A stretch of 64,000 nucleotides of DNA from the human T2T-CHM13v2.0 reference genome, Homo sapiens. Positions 1-19,990 of this stretch are shown piece after piece. Position numbers and translations under genes: made by a program. Location of the stretch: NCBI RefSeq assembly GCF_009914755.1, contig NC_060934.1. One strand, given 5' to 3'. Below the pieces are notes generated by a model that saw nothing but the letters and a program-made list of their open reading frames with translations, was not told the DNA's origin and searched no databases. Each line of letters begins with the position of its first letter. Position 1 is the stretch's first letter.

Positions 1-65
1 GTGAGGCTGAGAACCTAGCAACTCTAGTACTTCGTGAAAGGGTGAGAATGCACAGTAGGGCATGA

Positions 66-420
<355 letters not shown>

Positions 421-568
421 GAGTTGTGCATTTTAGCTGCTAGCATCAAGAACTTCCTTTTCTGCCGCCCTAGCACAGCCAGGTCTAAACTGGAGCCAAT
501 TTTCTTAGCTAAGAAGTGCACACTGGACCTGAGCCAGACTAGACCAGAGTGTCCCCTCAGCCTCTCAG

Positions 569-848
569 GACAGTCTCACTCTGTTTCCTGGGCTGGAGTG
601 CAGTGATGTGATCTCAGCTCACTGCAACCTTCACCTCCCAGGTTCAAGCAATTCTCCTGACTCAACCTCCTGAGTAGCTGGGATTACAGGCGCCCATCAC
701 CACACCTGGCTAGCTTTTGTAGTTTTAGTAGACAAGGGTTTTCATCATGTTGCACAGGCTGGTCTGGAACTCCTGACCTCAGATGATTCGCCCGCCTCGG
801 CCTCCCAAACTGCTGGAATTACAGGCCTGAGCCGCTGCCGCCCCAGCC
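569..848 (-). mobile_element. AluS-like, tail missing
   Basis: Alu consensus match. Confidence 0.9.
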
Positions 849-1479
849 CAAAATCTACTATTCCACACTCTCTTGCCTGTTGGCTGGGTCCGTCCCTTCT
901 GCTCAGAAGGATCAGGCCTCCCAGCCTCCTGCTCTGTCACTGGGGAGTCAAGCTCCTGGGCATCCACCTCTACACAGTGAGCCTCAGTCTGGCCAGCAAA
1001 GATGAGACAGGGGGGCAGGAACAGGCAGTGGGCCCCCAGGAGAACCAAGGCTCTCTTGGCCAAGGTGAATTTTCAAGCTCATCAACCAGTACCAGCATCG
1101 CCTACAGATGTAGAGGTGAGGGCAGCCCGGGCTGCGGACCCAGCCTGAGCCAATGTTGCTGGCAGACAAAAGGCAAAAATGCCCCATGCCCACCAGCAGA
1201 CCCAATGCGGGAGTCCCGAGAGACTGGGATATGGTCCTCCAGTAGCCAGGCTGCACGTGTCGCTGGCAGTGGCATCCCTGGGGCTCCTTTCAACCCAGCC
1301 GGCTTAAAGGAGCTCTAGGGCCCACAGGAGGGGCCATCTGGCCTGGGCATTCAGGCAGCTTCAGCAGGCGGCAGGGACGGGAAACTCAGCCCACGCGTCT
1401 AACAGCTCTGCAGGCTGGAAGGGGCCACGGAGCCTGGTGATAACATAAAGCTTCAGTGTCGGAGTTACTAGACTGGGTA

Positions 1480-2650
1480 GCTTGTGGCGGGCGAGTTACC
1501 TGATGCCTACACGTCCTGGTTTCCCATCTATGACACGGAGACGGTCATTCCTGTGTGGTGGATGGCAACACGTGGCGCGGAGGGAGCCCTTGCTATACCC
1601 GCCGCTGGCATAGCGCGTCTCTGTGCCTCGGTTTCGTCACGCAGACAGGCGAGCAGACCGTCCACCCGGCACGGCAGACGAGGAGGGCACCGGGCCCCGC
1701 CTGCCTCCTCCTTGTTTCTCCTCTGCAGTCCCAGGTCTCGGCTTAGCTGTCTCCTCCGGGAAGGCCCGTGCTGGCCCGCCTGCTCCCGGGAGGTCGCACT
1801 GGCCTTCGGTGCCGAGGTGGGTGCGCCATCTTCTTTGCGTGTCTTGTCCCTTCTGCTGCGTCCTGGCCGATGTCGTGACCCGCCGTGACGGGCAGGGGAG
1901 GCAGAGCCGAAAGGCCCAAGCAGGGTGCCGCACTCCGTGCTAACGGTAAAGTGGAGGGCCGGGTAAGCAGGAGGCCACCAGAGCAGCTGCCGCACGCGGT
2001 GCTGTCCTGCATGCGACTGAGGCCCACCGGAAGCAGGGAGCACTTCAGCTTAAGGGGAGGGAGGAGGCCCGCCGGAAGAAGGGGGAGGGGGCCCACCGGA
2101 AGTGGGGGGAGCTTGTCCTCCGGAAAGCGGGGGAGGAGGCCCGCTGGAAATGGGGGAAGCACGCGTGCTGGAAAGAGGGGGAGGAGGCCTGCCAGAAATA
2201 AGGGGAGCATGCCCACCGGAACGGAAGGAGGCGGCCCAGCAGAAATGGGGGAGCACGCCCACTGGAAAGGAGGGAGGAAGCCCAGCAGAAAGCGGGGCGA
2301 GGGGGGGCATACCCACCGGAAAGCGGAGCACGCCAGCCAGAAGGGGGAGGAGGCCCGCCAGAGAGCCGAGAGGACGCCGCCAAAACAGGGCAGTGTGGAG
2401 GAGCACACCCACCAGAAGTGGAGAGCATGTCCAGAAAGAAGGAGCACTTCAGGAAGCCACGGGACTTACAGGGGAAGAAGAATTCACAAGGATAACACGA
2501 CAGTCACCCTATATAGCAATGGTCCAGTCACTGGTCACCTTCCAGAAACAGGGCCCCCATGACCAGCGAGAGGCGGGATGCCCAGCAAAGCCACAACGCG
2601 TCTCGCCCGCTCATTCCCCATCACCGCTCAGCTCACGGGCCAGGGGACAG
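1480..2650. promoter_or_regulatory. CpG-rich promoter-like region, probably the 5' end of lncRNA PROSER2-AS1 (minus strand)
   Basis: High GC and CpG density, many CCGGAA motifs, minus-strand donor CAG|gtaact at 1500/1499. The lncRNA identity comes from recalled gene order next to UPF2, not from the sequence. Confidence 0.55.
2019..2458 (+). repeat. Degenerate ~23-25 bp purine-rich minisatellite, ~17-18 units, consensus approx. GAGGCCCRCCGGAA(A)GNGGGGGA
   Basis: Units such as ggcccaccggaagcaggga, ggcccgccggaagaagggga, ggcccaccggaagtgggggga, ggcccgctggaaatggggga, gcatacccaccggaaagcgga. Confidence 0.8.
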
Positions 2651-2794
2651 TTAGGAACTGCGGGTTCTGAGGTCTCAGAGCAAGAGACAACCGCCTAAGA
2701 GCAAATAGAAGTCTCAGGAAACAGAAGCAGATTCTGTCAAAAGTCTGTTGAAGTGTCTTTGACACCACCAGACATTAAGGACCTTTGTGTTTTT

Positions 2795-4215
<1,421 letters not shown>

Positions 4216-4802
4216 TCTCCTTCTAAATATGAGAAGTAGTTTGGAGCAGATAAGGGTGCAGAATGAGGCCTCAAGCAAGGGTCAGCACAGGGTCCCTGGT
4301 GGTGAAGTGGGTCCCGCAGTATCTGTGACAGCTGCTGTACCCTCCCATCAGCTCCTGGGCATAACCTATCTGATGTGCATTTCTCCTGGCTTCCAGGCAC
4401 TTTTTTTTTTTTAATAAAATATTCTTAGTCCACCCTTCATGGTCCTTGTAGAATTTTGTCCTTGTGGCCTGGGCTCTCCCCCGGTATATTTTGCTGACTT
4501 TTTCTTGTGATTTCTCAGAGTTTTATACTTGGTTCAGTCCTGTCTTTACTTCTTAAAACTTTGAATCTTTTAGGTAAAGAGATGCAGAACATTCTGCTGC
4601 ATGCCCTTTGCTCCGGGTTAGGTTCATAATGAGTAACATGGGGTAACACTGATAGAAATGTTAACATTTGATCTTTGTTTACTGTGAGGTAAGCAAAAAA
4701 ATGTTTAATTAAAATAATTTTAAAAAGAAATTCTAACCTTAATTTCAAAAATATGATGTTAGTGTTTAGAAAAGCTTATGTCTGGTATACCAGCAGTCGT
4801 TA

Positions 4803-5132
<330 letters not shown>

Positions 5133-7090
5133 TTATAAGTGACCTAGAGGGCTGTCATAGGATCACAGGATACTTCTACCCATCAGGGGCTGACGTGATC
5201 TGGAGTGATCGTCAGAGAGCTGTGTTCCTCCCAGCCTGGAAGAAGCAGATTTAACCGGCATATAGAGAGAAGACTTTCTGTTTTGTCTTTACAGTGATAG
5301 CAACTTCTCTCTCCTCTACAACCTGTGTTTGTTTTGGTAATTGTTGTCTTATCTAATAAAACTGATGTTCAGAAAGGTGTACCATGCTATCCTATGGCTT
5401 TGTCTAGCCCCCAGCACATCACTAGGTAAACGTAGAGATTTGCGATCCTTGTTTCAGAAGCCCAAGATGAAGGCCATGTCAAGCTTGTTAAAATAACAGA
5501 AGAAAGGAGATGGCAGAGCAGCGAAGTGCTGTCAGTCATTTACACTACAGTCTAAACTCACCCCCTTTCCTAAGGAAAGGTTTGAGATGAGGGGAGAGGA
5601 GAAAGACCAGGATGAGTGAGGGCAGCAGCAGATGAAAGGGAGGGAAGAAGCTGGGGTTAGCAAACTCAGCCTTCACCTCTGTGCGTCTGGCCCAGGGCCA
5701 GCCCCAATTCCTCTGACATCACTGAGCAAGCATTTGTAGCACTCATTACACACCTGTTGGTCCCAGAACATTCCATTCTGAGTCCCGTTGCCAGGAAAGG
5801 ACTGCATTCTCTGACCGGGAATGAAGCCCCAGGGAGACAGAGACCCCACTGGGACCTGGCTGGAGTTCGTGCCACTGTAATCACAGGGCTGGGCAGCTTC
5901 CGCTGAGGGCCGCCTTTATCTCTCATCTTTCATCTCCAGGCTTTTCGCGCTCCTCAGTTAGTCCGCCCCCACAGCTGCCTGGACTCCACCCTGGGGGAAG
6001 AAGAGGCCCTGGGATGGGGTGACCAGGAGGTGACTTACAGACCAGGCCGGAAATGGCATCATGGCCCCCGGCCTTGTGAATTCGCGGTCTCCCGCTCCCA
6101 CCCTCACCTTATCCTCAAGGCCCAGACACCAAGGCCCACTAAGGCCTGGAGGAGGGGAAGCCCGAGTGTCTCTCCCGTATCTCTGCGCCAACATCACCTC
6201 TGCCCGCCCCTGGCGCCACTCCGGGGGCTGTCTGCATTGTGTTTGGAGGTGTCTTAGGGAAGTGGGTCAAGCAGCCTCTGCCCAGGGCTTGTCTGAGTTG
6301 AGAGCAGCCAAGACCCCAGGGAGTATTCGGCTGAGGGTGCCCTTGAACCTGTGGGGAACTGGTAGGCTTTCTCTAATGCCACATGGCCTCTGTCTGCTAA
6401 AGGTGTGGCCATGGAGTCCATAAATTCAAGCCGTGTTTTTCCCTTAGGGAAAATGAAGCTCTCTGTAAGGTGAGATGGTGACTGACAAAGCCACATCCCC
6501 GTGACTCAACTTGACAAGGCGTTGTGGCCCCCTCACGTCCAACAGCCCCAATCAATGCACACTCACTGTTTTCACCACCAAGGAAAACAGCGGGCCTCTG
6601 GGACTCCAGCCGACTCCACCACGGGATGGGCGAAGGGGGAGGCTCAAGACTAACAGTCAATAGAGGCAAAGTGTGGGCCTCTATGCAACAGTTGCCTGGC
6701 CAAGGGCCGCGTGCTAATTACCAATTCATTCGCGTGACAAGTTCATGAAGCAGCTCCCATTGCTATCTCCGCTGCAGGATGGAGAGGCTGAAGGTCAGAC
6801 ACCACAGAGAGAAGGCATAAACCAGTGGCCCCACTCTACCAGCCCCAACCCCATCTAGACCATCTAGATCCAGCCAGGTACAGCGAGCGTGCCCCGGGAC
6901 CACGCAGTATGCTAAAGCCCACTGTGTTGTTGAGCCGCACGGCCACTGCCCAGGCCAGACGGCGGGGTCCCTGGCATCGTCCACATGCCCTGTGCTCATC
7001 TGGGTAGGCACTGAAGAGGTGATGAGAAGCCATCCCGCTCTCCACCCTCACAGCCCACGACCCTCAGCCAGCACCCCAACAGGGAGGTGA

Positions 7091-7520
<430 letters not shown>

Positions 7521-7905
7521 GGCCATTCAGTTCTTAAAGACTCATTTCCTGAGTGAGCCCAGTGCCTGCAGAACGAGGCCTACTGACCACATCTCCCAAC
7601 TCCGCCATCTCCAACCAGGAGCTGCCTCCAGGGACAGCAGGAGTAAGTGTCTCAAGTTAGGACCAAACAAAGCCTGGGTCCTGTGGTCCCTGGACATGAC
7701 ACGCTCCTTTGCTATTTCCACTCGCTTCACCCACCCACAAGAGGTGGGCATGGCCAAAACGCACAGGAGTCACACTCCTGCCAGCCCCAGCTCTTCCTGG
7801 CGCGGCACCACCACTGGCTGGCAGGGGCGCAGGAGTGGCGCCTCTTTGCAGGTGTGATTTGAGGTGGAGCCGCAGAGATTCTCACAACCCAAAAAGTCAG
7901 AGCCG

Positions 7906-8259
<354 letters not shown>

Positions 8260-9409
8260 CTAATGAGACGATGCTGTTCACTGTGGCTGTCCACTGTGGC
8301 AGGCGTGGCGCTGGGGGTGTGACCACAGTAGCAGGCAGCCGCCCGGTGACAGCCTTCTTGACTTTCCCTTTCTTTCCTAGCGTTCTGAAGGGGGGCAATG
8401 GCCTTATTACACTGAGCCAGAAAATACCCAGCAAAGGTCACAATAAGGCTATGTCGAGAACAAACCAGCTTTATTGTTACGTGTTGATGTGGCTTCTCCA
8501 AAGACCATGTTCTGTTGCCATTTGGGCGCGGCCGCACCCAGAAAGACAATAGCCACTATTACACTGCCAAGACAGGTCTCAGAAGTTCCATTTTCCTAAA
8601 AATGGCATTTCTGGCTCTGAAAGGGATTGCCCAAAATTTGTTTTTTGATAAAAACATGTTTTAATAAGAACATTTTTCTTGGGGTTCAAAAACATGTCTT
8701 TTTGGCCTAAGGCAGCCCAGAAACAGCAGGGGGGCATGCAGTGGGGAGGGAAAGACAAGTTCCATCCAGTAGGCGGAAGGCAGAGGGCAGAGGCCCCTGC
8801 AGTGGAGATGGGCTCTTGCCCGCCCTCCCCACCCTTTCAAGAACCATCTCCCAAGGGCGGATCTTGACCAAGGCTGTGGTTCCTGCTGTCTGCTCTGACC
8901 TTGCCCACCAAAACTTTGGCCCCGTCTGCAAATACAAACAGAACGGATGACTTATCTGTGTTGCCTAATGAAGGCAGGTTGCCCTTCACATGCCCAGGTT
9001 CCTGCCCAGGCTGAGCTGCTGGCCCACACACGTGCCCAGGGAGATTCTTTTTCTGGCGGCTATTTCCTCCTGTCAAGAATTCTCCTGGATTCAGGAAGTT
9101 CCGTTTAAGAGTTTCCTCACTGCCATCATAGAAACCTAAGTCTGGAAGGATCTCTAAGCAGTTACGAAGTCTATTCCCAAACATCGCCACACTCCCTGCC
9201 GTTTTCAGAGGCAGAACCCCCCCATCCCCCGACAGCTGCCGGCCACGCTGTGACTCACTTCTTCCACCACTTCGTGAGGTCTCAGCTAAGGTCTTCAGGT
9301 TTCTGGGGGGCCCTGCTCCCGTCGGCTCTTGTCTCTCAAGTGAACAGAACTGTTTCTGAAGGGCATACGTAGGGCAGGTGTCCCCACCCACACTGTCCTT
9401 CCAGTTCTG

Positions 9410-9520
9410 GCTGGGCCAGATTCTCAAAGCCCACCCCAGACCCACTGAGTCAGAATCCACATTTTAACAAGATCCCAGGTGAGTTGCGTCCTCATGAGAG
9501 CCCAGGGATCACTGCTGTAA
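9410..9520 (+). mobile_element. MER5-type hAT-Charlie MITE fragment
   Basis: ccaccccagacccactgagtcagaatccacattttaacaagatcccaggtga matches MER5A. Confidence 0.7.
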
Positions 9521-9631
9521 GAGAGCCCAAAAGCGCCTGTTAGGCATCTGCTATCAAAATCCTATACGTCTTTTAGGGCTCAGCTTGACTGTGCCCTGCT
9601 CCATGTCACCTCCCACTTGCCCTAATCTCAC

Positions 9632-9679
9632 TGTATGTGTGCGCGCGCGCGCGCGCGCGCACACACACACACACACACA
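9632..9679. repeat. Alternating purine-pyrimidine tract (TG)n(GC)10(AC)9
   Basis: Read directly. Confidence 0.95.
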
Positions 9680-10710
9680 GATGTACTGCTGCCTTTCCTG
9701 CAGTGACCACATCGCTGGGTCTCTTTTAGCCCAGAGCTCACCCTCTTTCCTGAAGTGCATTTGAGACTCTCCCTCTGCTGTCAATTATAGCCGTGTGCTG
9801 AGTGAGGGCCTTGTTAATCTATAGCATCCCGTGCCATGCCTTGAGAGATGCTGTGGACAGAGCCTGAACAGCACAGATGCATGAAGCAAATGAATGGAAT
9901 AATGGAGGGAGGAACAAACAGAGGTCAGGCTCTCAACACAGGAAGGTCTGCAGGATTCCACCGGCAGCACTGTACCGGACACTCTGGGGTGAGAGTTTCA
10001 CAAGCTTGGCCCCAGCTTTCTTCCCTTGAGCAGTGGGGAGCACCTTAGTTTGCCTGCCCCCATCTTGGAGTGACAGGAAATGAGATGCACCCTGGGGTGC
10101 GCCCAGGAGCCTCAGAGGCCATGAGGCTGTCCCTGTAGGTCCAAAGAGGACAGGGGCATCTGCCTTGCCAGAGGATGCACAGCAAAGCCTGCGTTTGCAG
10201 CAGGAGCCCGAGCCTGCCCTCTTCAGTGGCCAGCTCCAGCACTGGGATATGAGGGCAAACTCACAAACTCCCTGACCTTGGCGAGCTGTCCTCCTATCCG
10301 CTCATCTTCCTATCTGCTCATCTTCTAGGAAAGCCTTCCTGGACCGCCTTACCCAATCTCCCCTTTCTCAGGATCCTGGCACTTGGTGGCTATATGGTTT
10401 TCTCTGTTGATACTGCAGAGACTTTCCTTCTAAGACTGGAAATGAGGCAGCCGTATCACCCCCACCACTTTCATTGATTATTGTGCTGGAGAGTCTAGCC
10501 AGTGCAGTCAGGTAAGAAAAAGACATAAAAGACATCCACATTGGAAAGCTGGTACAGCTGCCATGATCCCGGATGAAGAATATCCTAAGGAATGTACAAA
10601 ACAACCACTAGAACTAACGAAAGAGTCCAGCAATGTCACAGGATACAAGATCAGGGTAGAAATATCAATTGCATTTCTACGTATTAGCGCAATCTGAAAA
10701 TGAAATTAGT

Positions 10711-11114
<404 letters not shown>

Positions 11115-11250
11115 CTAAAATCTATATGGAAAGGCAAAGGAACTAGATTGGGTGAAAACAACCCTGATGAAGAAAAAAGAGGGAGAAATCACTGTCCTCA
11201 GTCTCAAGGCTTACTCCACAGCCACAGCAACCAAGTCAGTGTGGTGTTAG

Positions 11251-11625
<375 letters not shown>

Positions 11626-11981
11626 TAATATATATCCAGCAAAACTCTATTTCAAAATTGAAAACAAAATAAAGACACTTCCAAATTAAAAAAAGCTGAG
11701 AGAATTTGCTGCTGGCAGACCTGCCTTATAAAACATAGTCGTGTCATCTGATTTTTGCCAAAGGTGCAAAAGCAATTCAACAGAGCAAGGAGAGCTCTTT
11801 AACAAATGGGATAAGACTGGACGTCCACAGGTGAAAGTGATCCTCGACGCAAACCTCACACCTGATACAAAAAGTTGGCTCAAAATGAATCATGGACCTA
11901 AATGTAAAACATAAAACTATAATACTTTTAGGAAAGAAAACAGAAAATCTTTGAGACTTAGAGCTAGGTGAAGACTAGAGA

Positions 11982-12358
<377 letters not shown>

Positions 12359-12538
12359 TAAAACTTGCTGAGTGAAAGAACTGTTAAGAGGATGAAAAGA
12401 CAAACTACCTACTGGGGAGAAATGTTGAAAAACCACGTAACTCACAAAGGACTTGTATCTAGAGTACATAAAGACTTCTCAAAACTCAATGGTAAAAACA
12501 CAGATGAAGGTCCTGCTTCTAATTAAATTACAAAGCGT

Positions 12539-13001
<463 letters not shown>

Positions 13002-13244
13002 CTAACAGCAGGTGCCTGCAACATGAGGGAGAAACTGGCTCTCTCACACACCGCTAGTGGGAATGTAAGACGGTACCTTTACTCTGGAAAACAGCTCAGC
13101 AGCTCTTTCTTAGAAGACCAAACAGGCACTTTCTATGTGACCCAGCAATCATCCTCTTGGGTGTTTGTCCCAGAGAAATGAACACTTTTACATTTACACA
13201 AAAACCTGCACCAACCCAGAATTGAACACTTAAAAATGGTTACA

Positions 13245-14080
<836 letters not shown>

Positions 14081-14585
14081 AAAAGGGTTACTGGTAAATT
14101 TTATATTACATATATTTTACCACACAAAATCTGTACATAAATATTCATAGCAGCTTTATTCAGAAGAGCCAAAAACCGGAAGCAACCCAAACATGCTTCT
14201 GTGGGCGGATGGTTAAACCAACGCTGGTCCATCCAGCCACAGAATTCTACTCAGCCATAAAAAGAAACACACAACACGCACAGCAGCTGGCAGGGCTCCC
14301 AAGGCCATCACAGAGCCACACTGTACGACCCCATTGACATGAACATTCTCAGAATGACAGAAGAGTAAGGATGGAGACCGGATTGGCAGTTGCCGGGGGA
14401 CAAGGACAGTGGTGCCGTGACTACAGAGAGTTCCTCTATGTTGGTGGAAGTTCTGTATCTTGACTGTACGGAGTTACAGGAACCCATACACGGGATCACG
14501 TCTCATAGAACCACACACACGCACGCACGTGTATGTGAAAGTGGGTGGAACTGTGTAAGGTTCAATGTCTGATCAACAGCACTGA

Positions 14586-15051
<466 letters not shown>

Positions 15052-16654
15052 ATAAATCAACAGTTTTAAGTTGTAAGTGTGATCAGGAATTTTCATCCTT
15101 ATTTTGCGTCTCCTCACCCAGTAACAGAGGGTGTTGCTGCCTTCTGTGCATTTGACCCCCACGCTTGGATCCGATTGGAGATGGCAGGGCTGAGTGCTCT
15201 TGGAGCCCAGGTGGGGCGCACTGGCTGATCGTGGAAGAAGGAAGGACGCCAAAGCCCCACAGGCCTGGCACCAGTGATGTAAACACTCCGCCACCTTCAG
15301 CCTCTGTCCCGCCGGGCCCCAAGAGAGGGACCCAGATGGCTTTCTCCTGAGGGGCCGAGTTAGGGTCACTGCCACGGAGCCTCAGCGGGCCATTCTCTGC
15401 CCCTCCTGCTGTGAGCGGTGAGGCAGGCGGCAGGGCAAGGGTCAGGGCCTGGGCCCAGGTGGGCGCTTCTCGCCTGCTGCTGTGGGAAGGAAGCTTGCTT
15501 CCCAAGCCTCGGGTCTCAAAGAAGACACAGCGCAGCAGGCTGTGGCCGGGAGCCCTCTGGCCTCCCCAGGTGTGCGACGTTCTCCACTGTCCAATGCCAG
15601 CAGCCCGGGCCACCTCGATCACAGCTCCTGAGGCTCGCTTAGGAACAATGCAAAGCACATGCCCAGCAAACAAACCAAGTCAAAGCAGAAGGAAAGGAAA
15701 ACCCGGCCAGGCAGAACGGAGGGAGGTGCCAGCTCACAGCCAGCCCCTCTCCCCAGCTCCTGTCCCTGCTGGGGCGCTCCCTGCACTCCTCAGACCCCAG
15801 CCCCAGGCCTGAGGATCCCAAGTGGCCCTAGAAGCATCTTCAGTCACCGCGGTTCTGGAGGGGAGCCTCCTTCCCACGCACCCCAGTGCCTCCTTTGCCC
15901 TTCCCAGAGCAACGCGACCTCCTCAGCTCCCTGGCCAGACCTCTGCCTGCCAGCTGCAGACTGGGGGCCTCCAGAAGCCAGGTCCACCTGGCAGGGGCCA
16001 TTCTCCCTGGCAGCAGTAAAGCCATGAGGCCATGCAAGGCACGCAGACCAGGAGAGGCACACGGCACTTAGGCAGCTCATCCTCACCCTCCCCACGAGTG
16101 GCACCACCAGGGGCTTCCCACACTTTACCACTCTCCCAGTCGCCAGGCCAGGAGCCCCGAGTCCCCTCACCCCACCTGCTCCTCCATGGAGCCCATTGCC
16201 CAGGCCTGGCAGCTCTGCTGGAAACACACGCTCGAGCCTGTCTGCTCTTTTCCTCCCGTCCACCATCCCCCAAGCGTCCCATGTCCAGGGCCTCGCCCTC
16301 CTGACTCCACCTCAGCCCCTACCATCTGCTCCCCACCCCACAGCCAGAGTGAACCTTCAAGTCAGATCCAACCAACCCCGTAACACTTAGAAGGAAACGT
16401 ACACGTCCCACTGGCGACCAAGCCCACTCCAGCACTGGCCCTGCCCTCACGCCGCTTCCACTGCAGCTCTCTCCACCTCCCGCTGCATCCTCCTTCCTCA
16501 AAGGGCCACACTCAGTCCCTTCCCTCTGTCCTCTTCTCTTGCACTGTGTCCCCCAGTCTGGAGCTGACCCCCTGTCAGCTCTTAATTCTCTCTTGGCCTG
16601 GAGGACTCCTCCTCCACACATCCGACCCGGGGTAGCCAACAAGCCACTGAGCGG

Positions 16655-16955
16655 TCGTGGGCACAATGGCTCAAACCTGTGACCCCAGCACTGTGGGAGG
16701 CCAAAGTGGGAGGGTTGCTTGAGGCTAGGAGTTCAAGATCAGCCTGGCCCACAAAGTGAGACCCTGTTCCGCAAAAAAATTTTAAATAGTTAGCTGGGCT
16801 GGATTGCATGTGCCTGTAGTCCCAGCTACTTGGGAGGCTGAGGTGGGAGGATCACTTGAGCTTGGTAGGTCCAAGGCTGCAGTGAGCCGTGATCATGCCA
16901 CTGCACTCCAGCCTGGGCAACAGAGCAAGTCACTTACTCCAAGAAAAAAAAAAAG
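16655..16955 (+). mobile_element. AluJ
   Basis: Diverged consensus (gaggatcacttgag). Confidence 0.88.
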
Positions 16956-18276
16956 TCACTAAGCCATGACACGGGCCCAGCAACAGCTCCCAGGAACCCT
17001 CCAGTGAGGACGGCCCTTTCAAGTCGCCTTGACTTGGGCAGAGGCATTGGCCCTCGTACTCCCACACTGACCAGCGTTTACGTGGGGTGTCCCCAGGCCA
17101 CCCCCAGCCACGTCTGCAGCCGAGACCATCCCAGGAGCTGACAGCTGGAGGCTGCCTGCCAAGAGCACTCCTGGCAGCTCCCAGCATGAGTCCTCCAGGG
17201 AAGGCAGTCTAGGCAGCAGGTACAGTCTCCATCAGCAGTGACCTCCGTGAGACACTGTCCTTAATCACTGTTTATGTGTCTCACCCTTGGAAAACGTAGG
17301 TGCCACAGAAGCAGGACTTTCTCTGCCCTGTGCATTACTGTAACCTTATTTATTACCCGTAACTAGCACGCAGGAGGGCTGAAGGAATTTTAGCTGCCCA
17401 GGTCTGGAACCTGTTTTCCATTCTATTTTCACCATCACCCTAGAACTTTCAGAAATTTATTCTCATTACACAAATACTTTAAAGAGGCTTCAGTTACGGA
17501 ACTTACCTGGTAAGTGGCAGGAGCAGAACTGACATCCAGTCTTGCTTCACCCACAGCCAGTGTTACCGGGTGACACGCCTGCTGCCCCACAAGCAGAAAA
17601 GCCAGTACTATGGCGCAGGTGGTTGTGAGTGCCCGGCACGGAGACAGGAAGCCACACTCCCACCCGTCTCCCCAAGATGAGGTGGGTCAAGCCCTCCTGG
17701 CCGTTCTAACTAGTCTCAGCTGATGGCAATGCAGCCGGTCTGCCAGGCTTGTGGTGTTAACAATGAGGATGTCAAACCCTTCCTGCTGTGCGTGCCTGGC
17801 AATTTTGGCTCTGTCACCTGTAACAACTTAAGAAAAAGTAAATTGGTGTGAGCTGGTCCTGCGGGTACACCCGATCGCTGCCACTGTACCGGAAGGATGG
17901 CAAAGGAGCAGTCGGTGGTCAGTCCTGTGTTGAAGGATGAGGGTACACATTCCAGATGGGTAAGGATTTAAGCAAATCCCTACAATTCCTCATACTCTCA
18001 GTGTTGAATGCAATGCTCCTGGTATCACAGTCATAGTAAATGTGGGCTCATTGATTTGAGAACCAACCCCCGCATCCCTTTGTTCTAGGTACGCAAGCCA
18101 GGGGTCAAAACTGATTATTTCAAATCTTCTTCCTGCTTTGCTTCCTTCACTTATTCTTTGCCAATCCTGTCTCAACGAAGCCCTGTAAAAATCCCACCTC
18201 CAGTCTCAAAATGATTCTGGAGTATTGTTCTGGCCCGACTCTACTGAAAGAAAAAGTCACCAGCCTGTGGGGTTTA

Positions 18277-19077
<801 letters not shown>

Positions 19078-19538
19078 TCATATAAACTGGGAATACCATG
19101 TATTTCTCCTTGATATTCAATAGCCTCCCAACATTATTGGGAGGGAAGAGCATACAGAAGAAACATTAATAAGAGAATAAAAGGTTTGTGCCTGAATTCA
19201 AGTGTTCAGTGGTCTCTGGGGAGGTAGGGACATTGTTTCTCTACTTGGCAAGGCCGTATTCCCTGAAGGGTGGCATTCCCATGGTTCCCACTACTATTCA
19301 GGTACGTTTCTATGTGCAATAAAGCATAGTTGTTGAAAGTCATGTGTGTGATTTTAGCTGCCCAGTTCTGAACCTGATATTGACTGTGTACACCTGAGGG
19401 GTTTCTGAGGTCTTCAAGGACAGAGCCTGCTTGGTCCACTGTGTGTTCAACACTGTATCCGACACACAGACACTATGATCATGATAATACTAATAGTTAA
19501 CCTTCCTTCAGCACTTACTCTATAACAGCCACTGTCCC

Positions 19539-19837
<299 letters not shown>

Positions 19838-19859
19838 GCCACCCTCTCATGTCCTTTAT

Positions 19860-19990
19860 CCCATTAACTCCTCATACAACCCTACTAAGTTATCCCCATC
19901 TTACAGATAAGAAAACCGAGAGTCAGAGGTCAATAACTACCCAAGGTCATAATGGTAGGAAGTGCCGAAGCTGGGGCTCAGTGTGTATCT
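19860..19990. mobile_element. MIR fragment
   Basis: tatccccatcttacagataagaaaaccgagag...cccaaggtca MIR core. Confidence 0.7.

Noticed and set aside
2019-2458. CRISPR-like repeat/spacer appearance
   Set aside because: Eukaryotic DNA; units are degenerate and contiguous with no unique spacers and no cas genes
1484-2698. Stack of overlapping 100-234 aa ORFs on both strands
   Set aside because: Low-complexity, GC-rich or minisatellite sequence lacking stop codons; no recognisable protein family
8837-9460. 207-aa minus-strand ORF
   Set aside because: Starts inside a MER5 fragment, no recognisable domain, no supported exon structure
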